Sequence record: NC_043427.1
DNA: 24,893 nucleotides
Reading direction: 5' to 3' (one strand)
Shown here: positions 23,778 to 24,893 of the stretch, piece after piece
Layout: each line of letters starts with the position of its first letter
Numbering within the stretch: position 1 is the first letter of the stretch
Program-made: the position numbers and the translations under genes
Notes under the pieces: model-generated
Seen by the model: only the letters and a program-made list of their open reading frames with translations
The model's database searches: none
Told to the model about the DNA's origin: nothing

Positions 23778-24136
23778 TGAACAAGATAGACAAGGATATA
23801 CTTGAGGCCGTGATGAAGATGACAAACCAGAGGCGTGATGTTAAGATAACGAAGGATGAGCTGTTTGTTTACATGTACCTGAGCATGAAGAGGAATGGCT
23901 TGAAACCATATAGCTTCGAGACGATAGCCAGGAGACTTAGAATCCTCGTTAGAAAGGGCTACTTTACCGTGAAATACGTTGAAGAGAAGAAAGGCAATCT
24001 GAAGTGGAGAAGAGCATACTACATTCCACGAAGGCTAACAATAGCTGCAAAGCTGAAGGCAGAGCAGTTAAGGTCTGCTACTCTAACAGTTTATGGGGTT
24101 AAAGTTGGAGCCAGCAGTAACAGCAGCGAGCGATGA
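23777..24136 (+). CDS. Winged-helix DNA-binding protein
   Basis: SFETIARRLRILVRKGYFTV recognition helix and wing; TAATG overlap. Confidence 0.75.
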   Translation: MNKIDKDILEAVMKMTNQRRDVKITKDELFVYMYLSMKRNGLKPYSFETIARRLRILVRKGYFTVKYVEEKKGNLKWRRAYYIPRRLTIAAKLKAEQLRSATLTVYGVKVGASSNSSER

Positions 24137-24398
24137 AGAGCTAAAACAGAGAATTATGAAGGTCTTGCAGAACGGGAGCAAGACTCTTGTCGAGGTTCAT
24201 TTTTTAGTTGAGAAGACTGGCTTCGTTGTTTCTTACAGGCGTCTCAAGCTGGTTGTTGACGAGATGGTTCAATCTGGGCTTATAGAAAAAATGAGGGACG
24301 GAAAAAAGGTAAAGTATAAGATAAAAGAAGGGCAGCATAAGATATGGCTCGAATACCCCTGGAGAGGTGAGGAAGAGTGGGCAAGTATGCGACTCTAA
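24093..24398 (+). CDS. Winged-helix DNA-binding protein
   Basis: RIMKVLQNGSKTLVEV...LKLVVDEMVQSGLIEKMRDGKKVKYKI. Confidence 0.8.
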   Translation: MGLKLEPAVTAASDEELKQRIMKVLQNGSKTLVEVHFLVEKTGFVVSYRRLKLVVDEMVQSGLIEKMRDGKKVKYKIKEGQHKIWLEYPWRGEEEWASMRL

Positions 24399-24577
24399 CA
24401 CAGGACCTTCCCGAGGAGTACAGGAAGGCTCACCCCATATGTGTGGCTAGTAAAGTGGCCAAAATGGGCTACGAGCCTGCAAGGGCTCCTAGGGACGTGA
24501 GGCAGAGAGCAGCCGAGGAGTGTATAAGGGAGGGCAAGCTGCACGGCATAGTGAAGCTGCTAAGCCCCTCGGTTTGA
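24377..24577 (+). CDS. Stand-alone His/Cys domain protein (paralog of the 3741 N-terminus)
   Basis: DLPEEYRKAHPICVASKVAKMGYE...RAAEECIREGKLHGIV; GAGGTGAGG RBS. Confidence 0.8.
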   Translation: MGKYATLTQDLPEEYRKAHPICVASKVAKMGYEPARAPRDVRQRAAEECIREGKLHGIVKLLSPSV

Positions 24578-24582
24578 AGGCC

Positions 24583-24804
24583 CTAGAACCTATACCTCCT
24601 AATTATTTTTTCAATGTCGCTTACACTGAACTTCTTCTTCTTGTTTGACATCAAATACTGAATTTGAAGGAATCTCAGTACTCTTACAACCTTTCCAATT
24701 GGATGCTTTAAGAGGATATCTGTCATCTTGTCTGCATCATCCTCTCCCAACCCTAGCTCGATGAGAGTCCTTCTTATCATATCTCTGAATTCTTTCCGCT
24801 CCAC
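24583..24804 (-). CDS. Only credible reverse-strand gene; helical, basic protein (73 aa)
   Basis: AGGTAGGTGA RBS on the minus strand; local purine skew is inverted; convergent with 24377-24577. Confidence 0.8.
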   Translation of the reverse strand: MERKEFRDMIRRTLIELGLGEDDADKMTDILLKHPIGKVVRVLRFLQIQYLMSNKKKKFSVSDIEKIIRRYRF

Positions 24805-24850
24805 ATTATCACCTACCTGTAAAGTTGTTGGCTACTGCTAATTTGGGTTT

Positions 24851-24893
24851 CCCAGTCTCTCCCAGTCTCCCCCATTAATTCATATTCACCTAA
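24851..24893. repeat. Left arm and loop of the junction-spanning stem-loop, plus a CCCAGTCTC tandem repeat
   Basis: 24861-24877 pairs with 24891-24893 plus 1-14 when the window is circularised; CCCAGTCTC at 24851 and 24861. Confidence 0.8.

Larger units (their letters stand above)
1..24893. other. Complete or near-complete crenarchaeal virus genome, probably Aeropyrum coil-shaped virus (Spiraviridae)
   Basis: Nearly all ORFs are on one strand; archaeal RBS and TATA motifs; virus-type gene set; an inverted repeat spans the end/start junction. Length and gene content match my recollection of ACV (not searched). Confidence 0.85.

Overview
The window looks like a complete or near-complete genome of a hyperthermophilic crenarchaeal virus. 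It holds about 55 tightly packed, often translationally coupled ORFs on the + strand, GGTGA/GGAGG ribosome-binding sites, crenarchaeal-type TATA boxes, and one credible reverse-strand gene (24583-24804). From memory, the 24,893-nt length and the gene set (tyrosine recombinase, two thioredoxins, trypsin-like protease, two GT4 glycosyltransferases, a nucleotide-sugar dehydratase, many RHH/wHTH proteins) match Aeropyrum coil-shaped virus (ACV, Spiraviridae, circular ssDNA). That identification is recalled, not searched, and needs a BLASTn check. I found no HUH Rep, polymerase, primase, helicase or Walker-A ATPase. The main observations are: (1) a 10-13 bp motif forming a loxP/dif-like palindrome in the main non-coding region and flanking the recombinase promoter; (2) 23-bp-period iterons and hairpins there, plus a 17-bp stem-loop that forms only across the end/start junction; (3) an apparently tandem-duplicated PCNA-like protein; (4) three tandem Pol-beta-fold nucleotidyltransferases coupled to glycosylation genes; (5) a modular family of small Met/Ile-rich coat-like helices, several below the ORF-track size cutoff; (6) a permuted serine protease, a minimal HAD phosphatase, a His/Cys domain present twice, and several probable homopolymer frameshifts. 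All protein family calls come from motif recognition by eye.
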